In this document: positions 17,895 through 26,195 of the stretch, in pieces
Layout of the letters: each line of letters starts with the position of its first letter
Numbering within the stretch: the first letter of the stretch is position 1
Assembly (NCBI RefSeq): GCF_000021865.1
Contig: NC_014034.1
Span: 2,460,001 to 2,492,000 of the forward strand
Origin: Rhodobacter capsulatus SB 1003
GTDB lineage: Bacteria; Pseudomonadota; Alphaproteobacteria; Rhodobacterales; Rhodobacteraceae
Length of the DNA: 32,000 bases
Reading direction: 5' to 3'
The notes under the pieces: model-generated
Told to the model about the DNA's origin: nothing
The model's database searches: none
The model's input: only the letters and a program-made list of their open reading frames with translations
Position numbers and translations under genes: made by a program

Positions 17895-18539
17895 TCATTT
17901 CGCAGCCGGATCGCCCTCCAGCGCCACAATCAACTCTGTCGCGCGCTGTTGCAAGCCCGAGGTCACGCCATCCTCGGCCATGATCTCGCGCGCCTTCGCG
18001 ATGGCGCCATCCTTGTCGCCCGCGTCCAGCGCCGCCAGCGCCTGCTGCTCCATCGCCATCAGCCGGAACGGCGCCCCGGGTGCGGCCAGCGCCGCCAGCT
18101 CGGCCGCGCGCGCCTCCGCGCCCATCGCCGCGCCCGCGACCAGAACCGCCTTGAGCCGGGCCAGCTGACGCAGGCTGTCGGGCAGCGTCGCATCGCCCGC
18201 CACCGCGCGCAGATCCGCCAGCGCCAGATCGACCTTGCCATCCTCGGCCGCCTGCGCCGCGGTCAGAAGCTTGCGCATCCCGCCCTGCGGCCCCGCGACC
18301 GGCAGCGCCGCCAGCGCCTCGGACGGGTTTTCCGCCTCGAGCGCGCTCAGGATGCCATCGCCAAAGGCCTCGGCCCGGGCCGCGCGCTGCGTCTTGCTCC
18401 ATTCGACATAGGCCGAGCCGCCAACGAGACCGAGGATCGCCACGACACCGATCCAGCCATATTTGCGAAACGCCGCAAACAGCCGGTCACGGCGGACTTC
18501 CTCGGTGACTTCGTCAATGAAACTGTCGGTATGATCCAC
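17895..18539 (-). CDS. YfgM-like membrane-anchored TPR-like protein (214 aa)
   Basis: GTG 18539 with a GAGGAG RBS. MDHTDSFIDEVTEEVRRDRLFAAFRKYGWIGVVAILGLVGG is the typical N-terminus of this family. It sits upstream of bamB-der. Confidence 0.7.
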   Translation of the reverse strand: MDHTDSFIDEVTEEVRRDRLFAAFRKYGWIGVVAILGLVGGSAYVEWSKTQRAARAEAFGDGILSALEAENPSEALAALPVAGPQGGMRKLLTAAQAAEDGKVDLALADLRAVAGDATLPDSLRQLARLKAVLVAGAAMGAEARAAELAALAAPGAPFRLMAMEQQALAALDAGDKDGAIAKAREIMAEDGVTSGLQQRATELIVALEGDPAAK

Positions 18540-18563
18540 GCCGGGCTCCTCGTCTTTGGCCTA

Positions 18564-18591
18564 TCTATACGCAAGCCCGCGCCATTGCCAA
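18564..18591 (-). promoter_or_regulatory. Candidate sigma70-type promoter of yfgM-like/bamB/der
   Basis: Minus strand reads TTGGCA (18591-18586), a 16-nt spacer, then TATAGA (18569-18564). The -10 ends 24 nt upstream of GTG 18539. Confidence 0.45.
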
Positions 18592-18620
18592 GGCCGGGAA
18601 ACCGCTGCCCCGGTCACGAA

Positions 18621-18763
18621 GGGGGGGGCGCTGCCCCCGTCCGCAAGCGGACGCCCCCCGGGATATTTGCACCAAGGTGAAAGCAGCGCCCCGGTTTCAT
18701 TTCACCTTGGCCGAAATATCCCGGGGGGTGAATGGCCGAAAGGCCAGAGGGGGGCAGCGCCCC
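18621..18763. repeat. Nested-palindrome intergenic element, copy C (most complete copy)
   Basis: GGGGGGGGCGCTGCCCCC (18621-18638); GTCCGCaagcGGAC (18639-18652); CCCCCCGGGATATTTGCACCAAGGTGAAA (18654-18682); a 17-nt centre; TTTCACCTTGGCCGAAATATCCCGGGGGG (18700-18728); GGCCgaaaGGCC (18734-18745); GGGGGGCAGCGCCCC (18749-18763). Confidence 0.9.
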
Positions 18764-18795
18764 TTGCTTTCCTGCTTCCTTGCTTTCCCGCATCC

Positions 18796-20634
18796 TTACT
18801 CGGCCGCCTCTGCGGCTTCCTCGGCCGATTGCGCCGCCCACATCGCGGCATAGCGGCCCGCGCGCGCCAAAAGCGCCTCATGCGTGCCTTCCTCGACGAT
18901 CTCGCCCGCTTCCAGAACCACGATCCGGTCGGCATCGGCAATCGTGGAAAGCCGGTGCGCGATCACGATCACCGTGCGCCCCCGCCCCATCGCATCGAGG
19001 CTTTCCTGAATGTCGCGTTCGGTCTGGGTATCGAGCGCCGAGGTCGCCTCGTCCAGAAGCAGGATCGGCGGGTTCTTCAACAGCGTGCGCGCAATGCCCA
19101 CCCGCTGCTTTTCCCCGCCCGACAGTTTCAGGCCGCGCTCGCCCACCTGGGTGTCGTAGCCCTCGGGCAGGGACATCACGAAATCATGGATCTTCGCCGC
19201 CCGCGCCGCCGCCTCGATGTCCTCTTGCGTCGCCTCGGCCCGGCCATAGGCGATGTTGTAGCGGATCGTGTCGTTGAAAAGCACCGTATCTTGCGGCACG
19301 ACGCCGATGGCGGCATGCAGGCTTTCCTGCGTCACGTCGCGCACATCCTGCCCGTCGATGCTGATCGCCCCGCCGGTCACCTCATAGAACCGGAACAGAA
19401 GCCGCCCGATCGTCGACTTGCCCGACCCGGACGGCCCCACCAGCGCCACCTTCTGCCCCGCCGCCACCGCCAGATCGATCCCCTTCAGGATCGGCCGTTC
19501 CGGGGAATAGGCGAAATCGACGCCCTTGAAGGCAATGGCCCCGCCCGAAACCGCCAGCGGCTTCGCCCCGGGCGCATCGGTGATCTCGGCCGGTTGATGC
19601 AGCAGGTCGAACATCTCGCCCATGTCGACGAGCGCCTGCCGGATCTCGCGGTAGACCGTGCCAAGGAAGCTCAAGGGCATGGTGATCTGGATCATGTAGG
19701 CCTGCACCATGACGAAATCGCCCACCGTCAGCGTGCCCGCCTGCACCTCCATCGCCGCCATCACCATCACGGCCACCAGCCCCGCGGTGATGATCAGCGT
19801 CTGCCCCGCGTTCAGCGCGGCCAGGCTTTGCCCGGTCTTCACCGCCGCGCCCTCGTAACGCTCCATCGAGGCGTCATACCGCGCCGCCTCGCGCTTTTCG
19901 GCGCTGAAATATTTCACCGTCTCGAAGTTCAAAAGGCTGTCGATCGCCTTCTGGTTCGCCGCCGTGTCGGCGTCGTTCATCTTCTTGCGGATCGCCACCC
20001 GCCATTCGGTGACGCGGAAGGTGTAGGTGACATAGGTCCAGATCGTGCCGACGACGACCAGCGCATAGCGCCAGTCGAACAGGAAGGCGAAGATCAGCGT
20101 CACCAGCGTCAGTTCCAGGATCAGCGGCCCGACCGAAAACAGCATGAAGCGCAGAAGAAAATCGACGCCCTTCACGCCGCGCTCGACGATGCGGGACAGC
20201 CCCCCGGTCTTGCGGGTGATGTGATAGCGCAGCGAAAGCGCATGGATGTGCTGGAACGTCTCCAGCGCCAAGGCCCGCAGCGCGCGCTGCGCCACGCGCA
20301 CGAAAACCGCGTCGCGCAATTCGCCAAAGCCCACCGACATCAGCCGCGCCAGCCCGTAGGCCACGGTCAGCGCGATGGCGCCAAAGCCCAGAAGCCAGGT
20401 CTCGTCGCGGGCCTGGCCCGCCAGACTGTCGACCGCCGCCTTGTAAAGAAAGGGCGTCAGCACCGCGATCACCTTGGCGGCGACAAGGAAGGCCATCGCC
20501 AGCACGACGCGCTGTTTCACCCAGCCGTGCCCCTCGGGCCACAGATAGGGCGCGACCGCCTTCATCGTGCGCCAGCCCCGCGCCCGTTCCGAGGCGTCAA
20601 GCTTGCCTGCCTGCGTGATCTGAGAGGGCGCCAT
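18796..20634 (-). CDS. Atm1/ABCB7-type ABC exporter, fused permease-ATPase (612 aa)
   Basis: The N-terminal 6-TM domain carries the Atm1-like start WRTMKAVAPYLWPEGHGWVKQRV. Walker A is GPSGSGKST, the signature is LSGGEKQRVGIAR and Walker B is ILLLDEATSALD. Confidence 0.88.
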   Translation of the reverse strand: MAPSQITQAGKLDASERARGWRTMKAVAPYLWPEGHGWVKQRVVLAMAFLVAAKVIAVLTPFLYKAAVDSLAGQARDETWLLGFGAIALTVAYGLARLMSVGFGELRDAVFVRVAQRALRALALETFQHIHALSLRYHITRKTGGLSRIVERGVKGVDFLLRFMLFSVGPLILELTLVTLIFAFLFDWRYALVVVGTIWTYVTYTFRVTEWRVAIRKKMNDADTAANQKAIDSLLNFETVKYFSAEKREAARYDASMERYEGAAVKTGQSLAALNAGQTLIITAGLVAVMVMAAMEVQAGTLTVGDFVMVQAYMIQITMPLSFLGTVYREIRQALVDMGEMFDLLHQPAEITDAPGAKPLAVSGGAIAFKGVDFAYSPERPILKGIDLAVAAGQKVALVGPSGSGKSTIGRLLFRFYEVTGGAISIDGQDVRDVTQESLHAAIGVVPQDTVLFNDTIRYNIAYGRAEATQEDIEAAARAAKIHDFVMSLPEGYDTQVGERGLKLSGGEKQRVGIARTLLKNPPILLLDEATSALDTQTERDIQESLDAMGRGRTVIVIAHRLSTIADADRIVVLEAGEIVEEGTHEALLARAGRYAAMWAAQSAEEAAEAAE

Positions 20635-20753
20635 CTGCCCGTCCTTCCAAGTCTCGAGTGTCCGGGAAGCCGGGCGGATGCCACGGCCGTGCGGGCAACC
20701 TAGGGGGTGGGGCGCGATTGTCCAGCCCCCGCGCGCATTTGCCCCGAAAGGGC

Positions 20754-22025
20754 TTACTCGGGCAGGGTGAAGACCTGCCCCGGATAGATCCGGTCGGGGT
20801 CACGGATCTGCGCGCGGTTCGCCTCGAAGATCTGCACGTAAAGATAGGGATCGCCATAGGTGTCCCGCGCGATCGCCCAAAGCGTGTTGCCGCTGGAAAT
20901 GGTGACGATGCGGCTGCGGGCGGGGGCGGCGGTCTCGGCAACCGCGGCGGCGGCGGGCGGCGGCGGCGGGGCGACGCCCTCGAAGCCCTGCTCGGCGCGG
21001 GCCAGCACCCGGCCCGCGGCATCGAGCCCATCAAGGCGCATCGCATGCGGCCCGGGCGTCTCCGCGGGCAGCCGCAGCGTGAAACCGCCGTCCCCGCCCG
21101 CCTGCACCAACCCCACCTCGGCATTGTCGACATAGGCGCGCAGGAGCGCCCCCTTGGGCGCGCCGCGGCCCGAAATCGTGATCTTGCCATCGGGCGCGAA
21201 AGACAGCGTGTCGATCACCAGCGTCTCGGAAACGCCCGCCAGGAGCCGCGGCGTGCCGCTGGCATCGGTGAGCAGCGGCGTGTCGGCCAGAACCTGCGCC
21301 GCCTCGACCTGGGCGGCGACGGCGGCGGGGGCGGCGCCCTCGGCGGTGGCGGCCTCGGCCAGAGCGCGCGGACTGGGCGCGACGGTCAGGCTTTCCTCGG
21401 ACATCTTCGCCACGCCATCGGCGCCGGTGACCCGCAGCTGCAGGGACCGCGGCGCGGCCGAGGGCTCGGCCGAGGTGACGGCGGCAAAGGCGCCCTGCGC
21501 ATTGGCGGTGACGGTGTCGATGACCTCGCCATCCAGCAGCAGCTCCACCTTGGCGCCCGGGGCGACATCGCCCGCCAGCGTCAGCGCCCCGGCGGGGGTG
21601 ACGCGCAGGGTGTCGAAGCGGGCGACCGGCTGCGGCGGGGATTGCGGCGGAACGGCAGCTTTTGCGGCAGGCGCCGGTTGCGCAGGCGGGGCCTGCCCGA
21701 TCGGCGCGGCCGGATCCGGGGCCGGCGTCGCAGGCGCAGCCGCGACGGGAGGCGAAACGGGTGCGGCAGGAACCGGCGCGGCGACCGGGGCGGGCGGCGC
21801 AGCCGGGGTCCCCTCTGGCTCCGGCACGGGCACGGACGGGGGCACGGGCGCGGCTTGCGGGATCGGTTCCGGCGCAGAGGGCACGGCCGCCGGTTCGGGC
21901 GCGGAAGAGGCGGGTTCAGGAACGTCCTGCCCCAGCGACCAGAGGGCTGCGGCAGCGGCCACCATCGCCACGGCCGCCCCGCCGCCCAGCAGAATTCCCG
22001 CCGCCGTCCTGTTGCCTTCGGCCAT
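20754..22025 (-). CDS. LysM peptidoglycan-binding protein with an N-terminal anchor, a Pro/Ala-rich linker and Ig-like repeats (423 aa)
   Basis: ATG 22025 with a GGAGGG RBS. The TM segment is AAGILLGGGAAVAMVAAAAALW. The C-terminal LysM is IVTISSGNTLWAIARDTYGDPYLYVQIFEANRAQIRDPDRIYPGQVFTLP. Confidence 0.75.
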   Translation of the reverse strand: MAEGNRTAAGILLGGGAAVAMVAAAAALWSLGQDVPEPASSAPEPAAVPSAPEPIPQAAPVPPSVPVPEPEGTPAAPPAPVAAPVPAAPVSPPVAAAPATPAPDPAAPIGQAPPAQPAPAAKAAVPPQSPPQPVARFDTLRVTPAGALTLAGDVAPGAKVELLLDGEVIDTVTANAQGAFAAVTSAEPSAAPRSLQLRVTGADGVAKMSEESLTVAPSPRALAEAATAEGAAPAAVAAQVEAAQVLADTPLLTDASGTPRLLAGVSETLVIDTLSFAPDGKITISGRGAPKGALLRAYVDNAEVGLVQAGGDGGFTLRLPAETPGPHAMRLDGLDAAGRVLARAEQGFEGVAPPPPPAAAAVAETAAPARSRIVTISSGNTLWAIARDTYGDPYLYVQIFEANRAQIRDPDRIYPGQVFTLPE

Positions 22026-22152
22026 GCTGTCTGTCCCTCCGTGCGGCGCTGCGGCCCCGGCGTTTCGCGCCGCTTGCTTGCGACCATCTGACCCGGTATC
22101 CCTGCCGAAAGCAACACCTGCCGCAGCGATTTCCAGCACGAAAGCCCAGCTC

Positions 22153-22713
22153 ATGTCCGCCAAATCCGCCCCCTCGGTCTGCGTCTTCTGCGGCGCGCGC
22201 CCCGGCGCCCGCCCCGCCTATGCCCGGGACGCCCGGGCCACCGGCCAGATGCTTGCCGCGCGCGGCTGGCGGCTGGTTTACGGCGCGGGCGACGTGGGGC
22301 TGATGGGCGAGGTGGCGCGGGCGGCACAGGCGGCGGGCGCAGCCACCTTCGGGGTGATCCCCGAGCATCTTTTCAAGCTCGAAGTCGGCAAGCGCGACCT
22401 GACCACCTTCGTCGTCACCGAGAACATGCATGAGCGCAAAAAGGTGATGTTCATGAATTCGGATGCGGTCGTCGTGCTGCCGGGCGGCGCGGGCAGTCTT
22501 GACGAATTCTACGAGGTGCTGACCTGGCGCCAGCTCGGCCTGCACACGAAACCGATCCTGCTTCTGAATACGGAAGGCTACTGGGACCCGCTTCTGGCGC
22601 TGAACGCCCATGTCGTGGCCGAGGGCTTTGCGGGCGAGAGCCTGCTTGACGGGGTGACGACCGTGGCGACGGTTTCGGCCCTGGAAGCCGCGCTCGAAAC
22701 CGCCTTCGGCTGA
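22153..22713 (+). CDS. LOG family protein (TIGR00730-type, cytokinin riboside 5'-monophosphate phosphoribohydrolase-like; 186 aa)
   Basis: VCVFCGARPG...LVYGAGDVGLMGEVA...VVLPGGAGSLDEFYEVLTWRQLGLHTKPILLLN are the family motifs. Confidence 0.85.
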   Translation: MSAKSAPSVCVFCGARPGARPAYARDARATGQMLAARGWRLVYGAGDVGLMGEVARAAQAAGAATFGVIPEHLFKLEVGKRDLTTFVVTENMHERKKVMFMNSDAVVVLPGGAGSLDEFYEVLTWRQLGLHTKPILLLNTEGYWDPLLALNAHVVAEGFAGESLLDGVTTVATVSALEAALETAFG

Positions 22714-22723
22714 GGCCCCCCCG

Positions 22724-23608
22724 CTACCCCCGCGCCCGCAGCGCCGCGGCCGAATAAAGCGCGAGCGCCCCCCAGATCAGCGCGAAGGCGATGGCATGGG
22801 CGCGGGTGAAAGGTTCGGCAAAGACCGCGACCGCCACGCCGAATTGCAGCGTCGGGTTGAGATATTGCACAAGGCCGATCGTCGCCATGCGCACCCGCTG
22901 CGCCGCATAGGAAAACAGCATCAGGGGCCCGCCCGTCATCAGGCCGGAAAAGGCCAGCATCAGCGAAGACCCGAAATCGCTGCCGAACCGGCCCGAGCCC
23001 GGCGCAAGGCCGAACCAGCCGAAATGCGCCGCCGCCAGCAGCAGCACGGCGAGCGGCGCCAAAAGCACCACCTCGGCCAGGACCGAGACGACCGGGGGCA
23101 CGCTCAGCCCCTTTTTCAACAGCCCGTAAAGCCCGAAGGTCGTGGCCAGCATCAGCGCGATCCAGGGCGCGGCCCCCAGCGCCCAGGTCAGCCAGCCCAC
23201 CGCCGCCGCGGCGATCATCACCGCAACCGCCTGCGCCCGGCCCATCCGCTCGCCGTAAAACACCATGCCCAACGCCACCGCGACCAGCGGAAAGATGTAA
23301 TAGCCCAGCGAGGCCTCGACCGCGCGGCCGTTCTGCACCGACCAGATGAAGCCGAACCAGTTCAGCGAAATCACCACCGCCGCCGCGGCCAGAACCCGCA
23401 GGCTGCGCCCCCGGAGCGCCTGCGCCAGCACGGCGCGCTGTCCCTGCACCGCCACCACCGCGCCCAGAAACAGCACCGACCAGAGCGTGCGATGGGCCAG
23501 CACCTCCAGCGGCGGCACCTCGGAGAGCGCCTTGTAATAGATCCCCGAGAGGCCCCAGACGCAGCAGGCGGCCACCATCGCGAAAAAGCCCTTCGTGGTG
23601 TCCGTCAT
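22724..23608 (-). CDS. rarD: RarD / EamA-family (DMT) transporter (294 aa)
   Basis: ATG 23608. MTDTTKGFFAMVAACCVWGLSGIYYKAL...HRTLWS... 10-TM profile typical of RarD. Confidence 0.8.
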   Translation of the reverse strand: MTDTTKGFFAMVAACCVWGLSGIYYKALSEVPPLEVLAHRTLWSVLFLGAVVAVQGQRAVLAQALRGRSLRVLAAAAVVISLNWFGFIWSVQNGRAVEASLGYYIFPLVAVALGMVFYGERMGRAQAVAVMIAAAAVGWLTWALGAAPWIALMLATTFGLYGLLKKGLSVPPVVSVLAEVVLLAPLAVLLLAAAHFGWFGLAPGSGRFGSDFGSSLMLAFSGLMTGGPLMLFSYAAQRVRMATIGLVQYLNPTLQFGVAVAVFAEPFTRAHAIAFALIWGALALYSAAALRARG

Positions 23609-23684
23609 TCCTGTCTCCCCTGCGCCAAGGCGGCCACAGAACCCCGCCCCGGGGCGCCCGTCAATCCCGATCCCACCGCCTGAC

Positions 23685-23713
23685 TTGACGGAAGCGACGC
23701 GGGATGCGAAATT
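23685..23713 (+). promoter_or_regulatory. Weak candidate sigma70-type promoter of tnaA
   Basis: TTGACG (23685-23690), a 17-nt spacer, then GAAATT (23708-23713). Confidence 0.3.
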
Positions 23714-23832
23714 CGGCCCTGCAACCCTCATGGGCGTCGAGCGCGGTCCGGGCCTCCGGGCAACCGCGACGCTGCGGCCCCATCGTGCGACGGTTGCCAC
23801 GGGTATATGGGGCCATCGACAGGAGCCCCGCG

Positions 23833-25197
23833 ATGAAAACCATCATCGAACCTTTCCGCATCAAATCGGTCGAGCCGATCCGCCTCACCTCGCGCCCCGA
23901 GCGCGAACGGCTGGCGCGCGAAGCCGGATACAACCTTTTCGGCCTGCACTCGGATGACGTCCTGATCGACCTTCTGACCGACAGCGGCACCGGCGCGATG
24001 TCGTCCTTGCAATGGGCGGCGGTGATGCAGGGCGACGAAAGCTATGCCGGTTCGCCCAGCTTCTTCCGCTTTGAAGCCGCCGTGCAAAACCTGATGCCTT
24101 TCAAGCACATCATCCCGACGCATCAGGGCCGCGCGGCGGAAGCGATCCTGTTCTCGATCTTCGGGGGCAAGGGCCGTCGCATCCCCTCGAACACCCATTT
24201 CGACACCACCCGCGGCAATATCGAGGCCTCGGGCGCCATGGGTGACGATCTGGTGATTGCCGAGGGCAAGGACCCGCAAAGCCTGCATCCATTCAAGGGC
24301 AACATGGATCTGGCGCGGCTCGAGGCCTATCTGGCCGAGCATCACGCCGAAGTGCCGCTGGTGATGATCACCATCACCAACAATGCGGGCGGCGGGCAGC
24401 CCGTCAGCCTTGCCAATATCCGCGCCGTGGCCGATCTGGCGCATCGGCATGGCAAGCCTTTCGTGATCGACGGCTGCCGCTTTGCCGAAAACGCCTGGTT
24501 CATCAAGACCCGCGAGGAGGGGCAGGCGGAGCGTTCGATCCCCGAGATCGTGCGCGATTGCTTTGCGGTGGCGGATGGCATGACGATGTCGGCGAAGAAG
24601 GACGCCTTTGGCAATATCGGCGGCTGGCTGGCGCTGAACGACGACGATCTGGCCGAGGAAGCGCGGGGCCATCTGATCCGGACCGAGGGCTTCCCGACCT
24701 ATGGCGGGCTGGCGGGCCGCGACCTTGACGCGCTGGCGCAGGGTCTGGTCGAGATCGTCGACGAGGATTACCTGCGCTACCGCATCCGCACGCATCAATA
24801 TATCGTCGAGCGGCTGGATGCGATGGGGGTTCCGGTGGTGAAGCCCGCGGGCGGGCATGCGGTCTTCATCGACGCGCGGGCGTGGCTGTCGCATATTCCG
24901 CCGCTGGAATATCCGGGGCAGGCCTTGGCGGTGGCTTTGTATGAACTCGCGGGCGTCCGGTCCTGCGAGATCGGCACGGCGATGTTCGGCCGCCAGCCCG
25001 ACGGGTCGGAGAAACCGGCGGCGATGGATCTGGTGCGGCTCGCCTTCCCGCGCCGGACCTATACGCAAAGCCATGCCGATTACATCGTCGAGGCTTTCGA
25101 GGAGCTGGCGGCGACGAAGGACGCTCTGCGTGGCTACCGGATTGTCAAGGAACCGAAGCTGATGCGGCATTTCACCTGCCGGTTCGAAAAGCTCTGA
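23833..25197 (+). CDS. tnaA: Tryptophanase / beta-eliminating lyase (PLP-dependent; 454 aa)
   Basis: ATG 23833 with an AGGAG RBS. MKTIIEPFRIKSVEPIRLTSRPERERLAREAGYNLFGLHSDDVLIDLLTDSGTGAMS... The PLP-lysine region is DGMTMSAKKDAFGNIGGWL. Tryptophanase versus tyrosine phenol-lyase cannot be separated by eye. Confidence 0.88.
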   Translation: MKTIIEPFRIKSVEPIRLTSRPERERLAREAGYNLFGLHSDDVLIDLLTDSGTGAMSSLQWAAVMQGDESYAGSPSFFRFEAAVQNLMPFKHIIPTHQGRAAEAILFSIFGGKGRRIPSNTHFDTTRGNIEASGAMGDDLVIAEGKDPQSLHPFKGNMDLARLEAYLAEHHAEVPLVMITITNNAGGGQPVSLANIRAVADLAHRHGKPFVIDGCRFAENAWFIKTREEGQAERSIPEIVRDCFAVADGMTMSAKKDAFGNIGGWLALNDDDLAEEARGHLIRTEGFPTYGGLAGRDLDALAQGLVEIVDEDYLRYRIRTHQYIVERLDAMGVPVVKPAGGHAVFIDARAWLSHIPPLEYPGQALAVALYELAGVRSCEIGTAMFGRQPDGSEKPAAMDLVRLAFPRRTYTQSHADYIVEAFEELAATKDALRGYRIVKEPKLMRHFTCRFEKL

Positions 25198-25434
25198 GCC
25201 GGTTGATTGGCCGAGGCCATCGCCGAGGCCACGCGCGACATCAGCCCCATGACCGCCGAGGGCCCAAAGGCCCTCGGCCTGCGCCCGCCCCGCCCATGGC
25301 GGGCGCATTCGCGCCGCCGGGGCTGGGCGCAGGCCTCTGTCACGCTTGCGAAGGCGGTCTTGTGCCCACCCGCGCGCTGACGGGCGGGAAAAGGCGATGC
25401 CTTTTCTGATCCGCCCGAACACCGTTGGCAAAAC

Positions 25435-25465
25435 AAAACCGGCCCCCGCGGGGGCCGGTTTCTTT
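25435..25465. terminator. Bidirectional rho-independent terminator (sodB, and probably tnaA)
   Basis: AAACCGGCCCCCGCGGGGGCCGGTTT is a perfect palindrome. It is flanked by TTTCTTT on the plus strand and TTTTGTTTTG on the minus strand. It lies 17 nt after the sodB stop. Confidence 0.8.
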
Positions 25466-25481
25466 CATCGCTCCGTCAGCC

Positions 25482-26084
25482 TCACAGACGCGAGGCGACG
25501 TTTTCCCAGTTCACCAGCTTGTCGAGGAAGTTCGTCAGATAGACCGGGCGCTTGTTGCGGAAGTCGATGTAATAGCTGTGCTCCCAGACGTCGCAGCCCA
25601 GAAGCGCGGTCTGCCCGAAGCAGAGCGGGTTCACGCCGTTTTCCGTCTTGGTGATCTTCAGCGCGCCATCGGTGTCCTTCACCAGCCAGGCCCAGCCCGA
25701 CCCGAATTGCGCAGCCCCCGCGGCGGCGAAATCTTCCTTGAACTTCGCGACCGAGCCGAAAGCCTCGACCAGCGCCTTTTCCAGCTCGCCCGGCATCTTC
25801 TTGTCTTCGCCCGGCCCCATCATTTCCCAGAACTGCGCGTGGTTCCAGTGCTGCGAGGCGTTGTTGAAGATCCCCGATTGCGCCACGGCCCCGGCGCAAT
25901 AGGTGCCCTTGACGATCTCCTCGACCGACTTGCCTTCCCATTCGGTGCCCGCGATCAGCTTGTTGCCGTTGTCGACATAGGCCTTGTGGTGCAGGTCGTG
26001 GTGATATTCGAGCGTCTCCTTCGACATGCCAAGCGCGGCCAGGGCATCATGGGCATAGGGAAGGGCGGGAAGTTCGAAAGCCAT
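25482..26084 (-). CDS. sodB: Fe/Mn superoxide dismutase (200 aa)
   Basis: ATG 26084. MAFELPALPYAHDALAALGMSKETLEYHHDLHHKAYVDN...GCDVWEHSYYIDFRNKRPVYL. Confidence 0.93.
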   Translation of the reverse strand: MAFELPALPYAHDALAALGMSKETLEYHHDLHHKAYVDNGNKLIAGTEWEGKSVEEIVKGTYCAGAVAQSGIFNNASQHWNHAQFWEMMGPGEDKKMPGELEKALVEAFGSVAKFKEDFAAAGAAQFGSGWAWLVKDTDGALKITKTENGVNPLCFGQTALLGCDVWEHSYYIDFRNKRPVYLTNFLDKLVNWENVASRL

Positions 26085-26118
26085 TTGAGCGATCCTTTTT
26101 TCGGGTTCTGTTGCGACC

Positions 26119-26147
26119 AATTGAAGCACTGAACGCGCCAAGGTCAA
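26119..26147 (-). promoter_or_regulatory. Weak candidate sigma70-type promoter of sodB
   Basis: Minus strand reads TTGACC (26147-26142), a 17-nt spacer, then TCAATT (26124-26119). Confidence 0.3.
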
Positions 26148-26195
26148 GGGTTGACGGGCGAATTTCCCGCACAGAGCCCCTGCCCGATCCGCACA

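Noticed and set aside
14948-17983. 1011-aa plus-strand ORF antisense to der and the bamB-like gene
   Set aside because: The arginine-rich nonsense composition and complete overlap with two well-supported genes on the other strand mark it as a shadow ORF.
23645-23656. A perfect 12-nt palindrome CGCCCCGGGGCG in the rarD-tnaA divergent spacer as an operator
   Set aside because: G/C-only palindromes of this length are expected by chance in this genome, and no second half-site or repeat supports a binding site.
23730-23957. A TnaC-like leader peptide upstream of tnaA: a uORF from ATG 23730 with one Trp codon at 23808-23810 and an imperfect hairpin at about 23759-23799
   Set aside because: The uORF has no visible RBS and does not stop before tnaA. 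It runs 76 codons, out of frame, into the tnaA coding region. This does not fit the E. coli tnaC/Rho attenuation layout. The leader of about 115 nt remains unexplained, but I cannot support a leader peptide.
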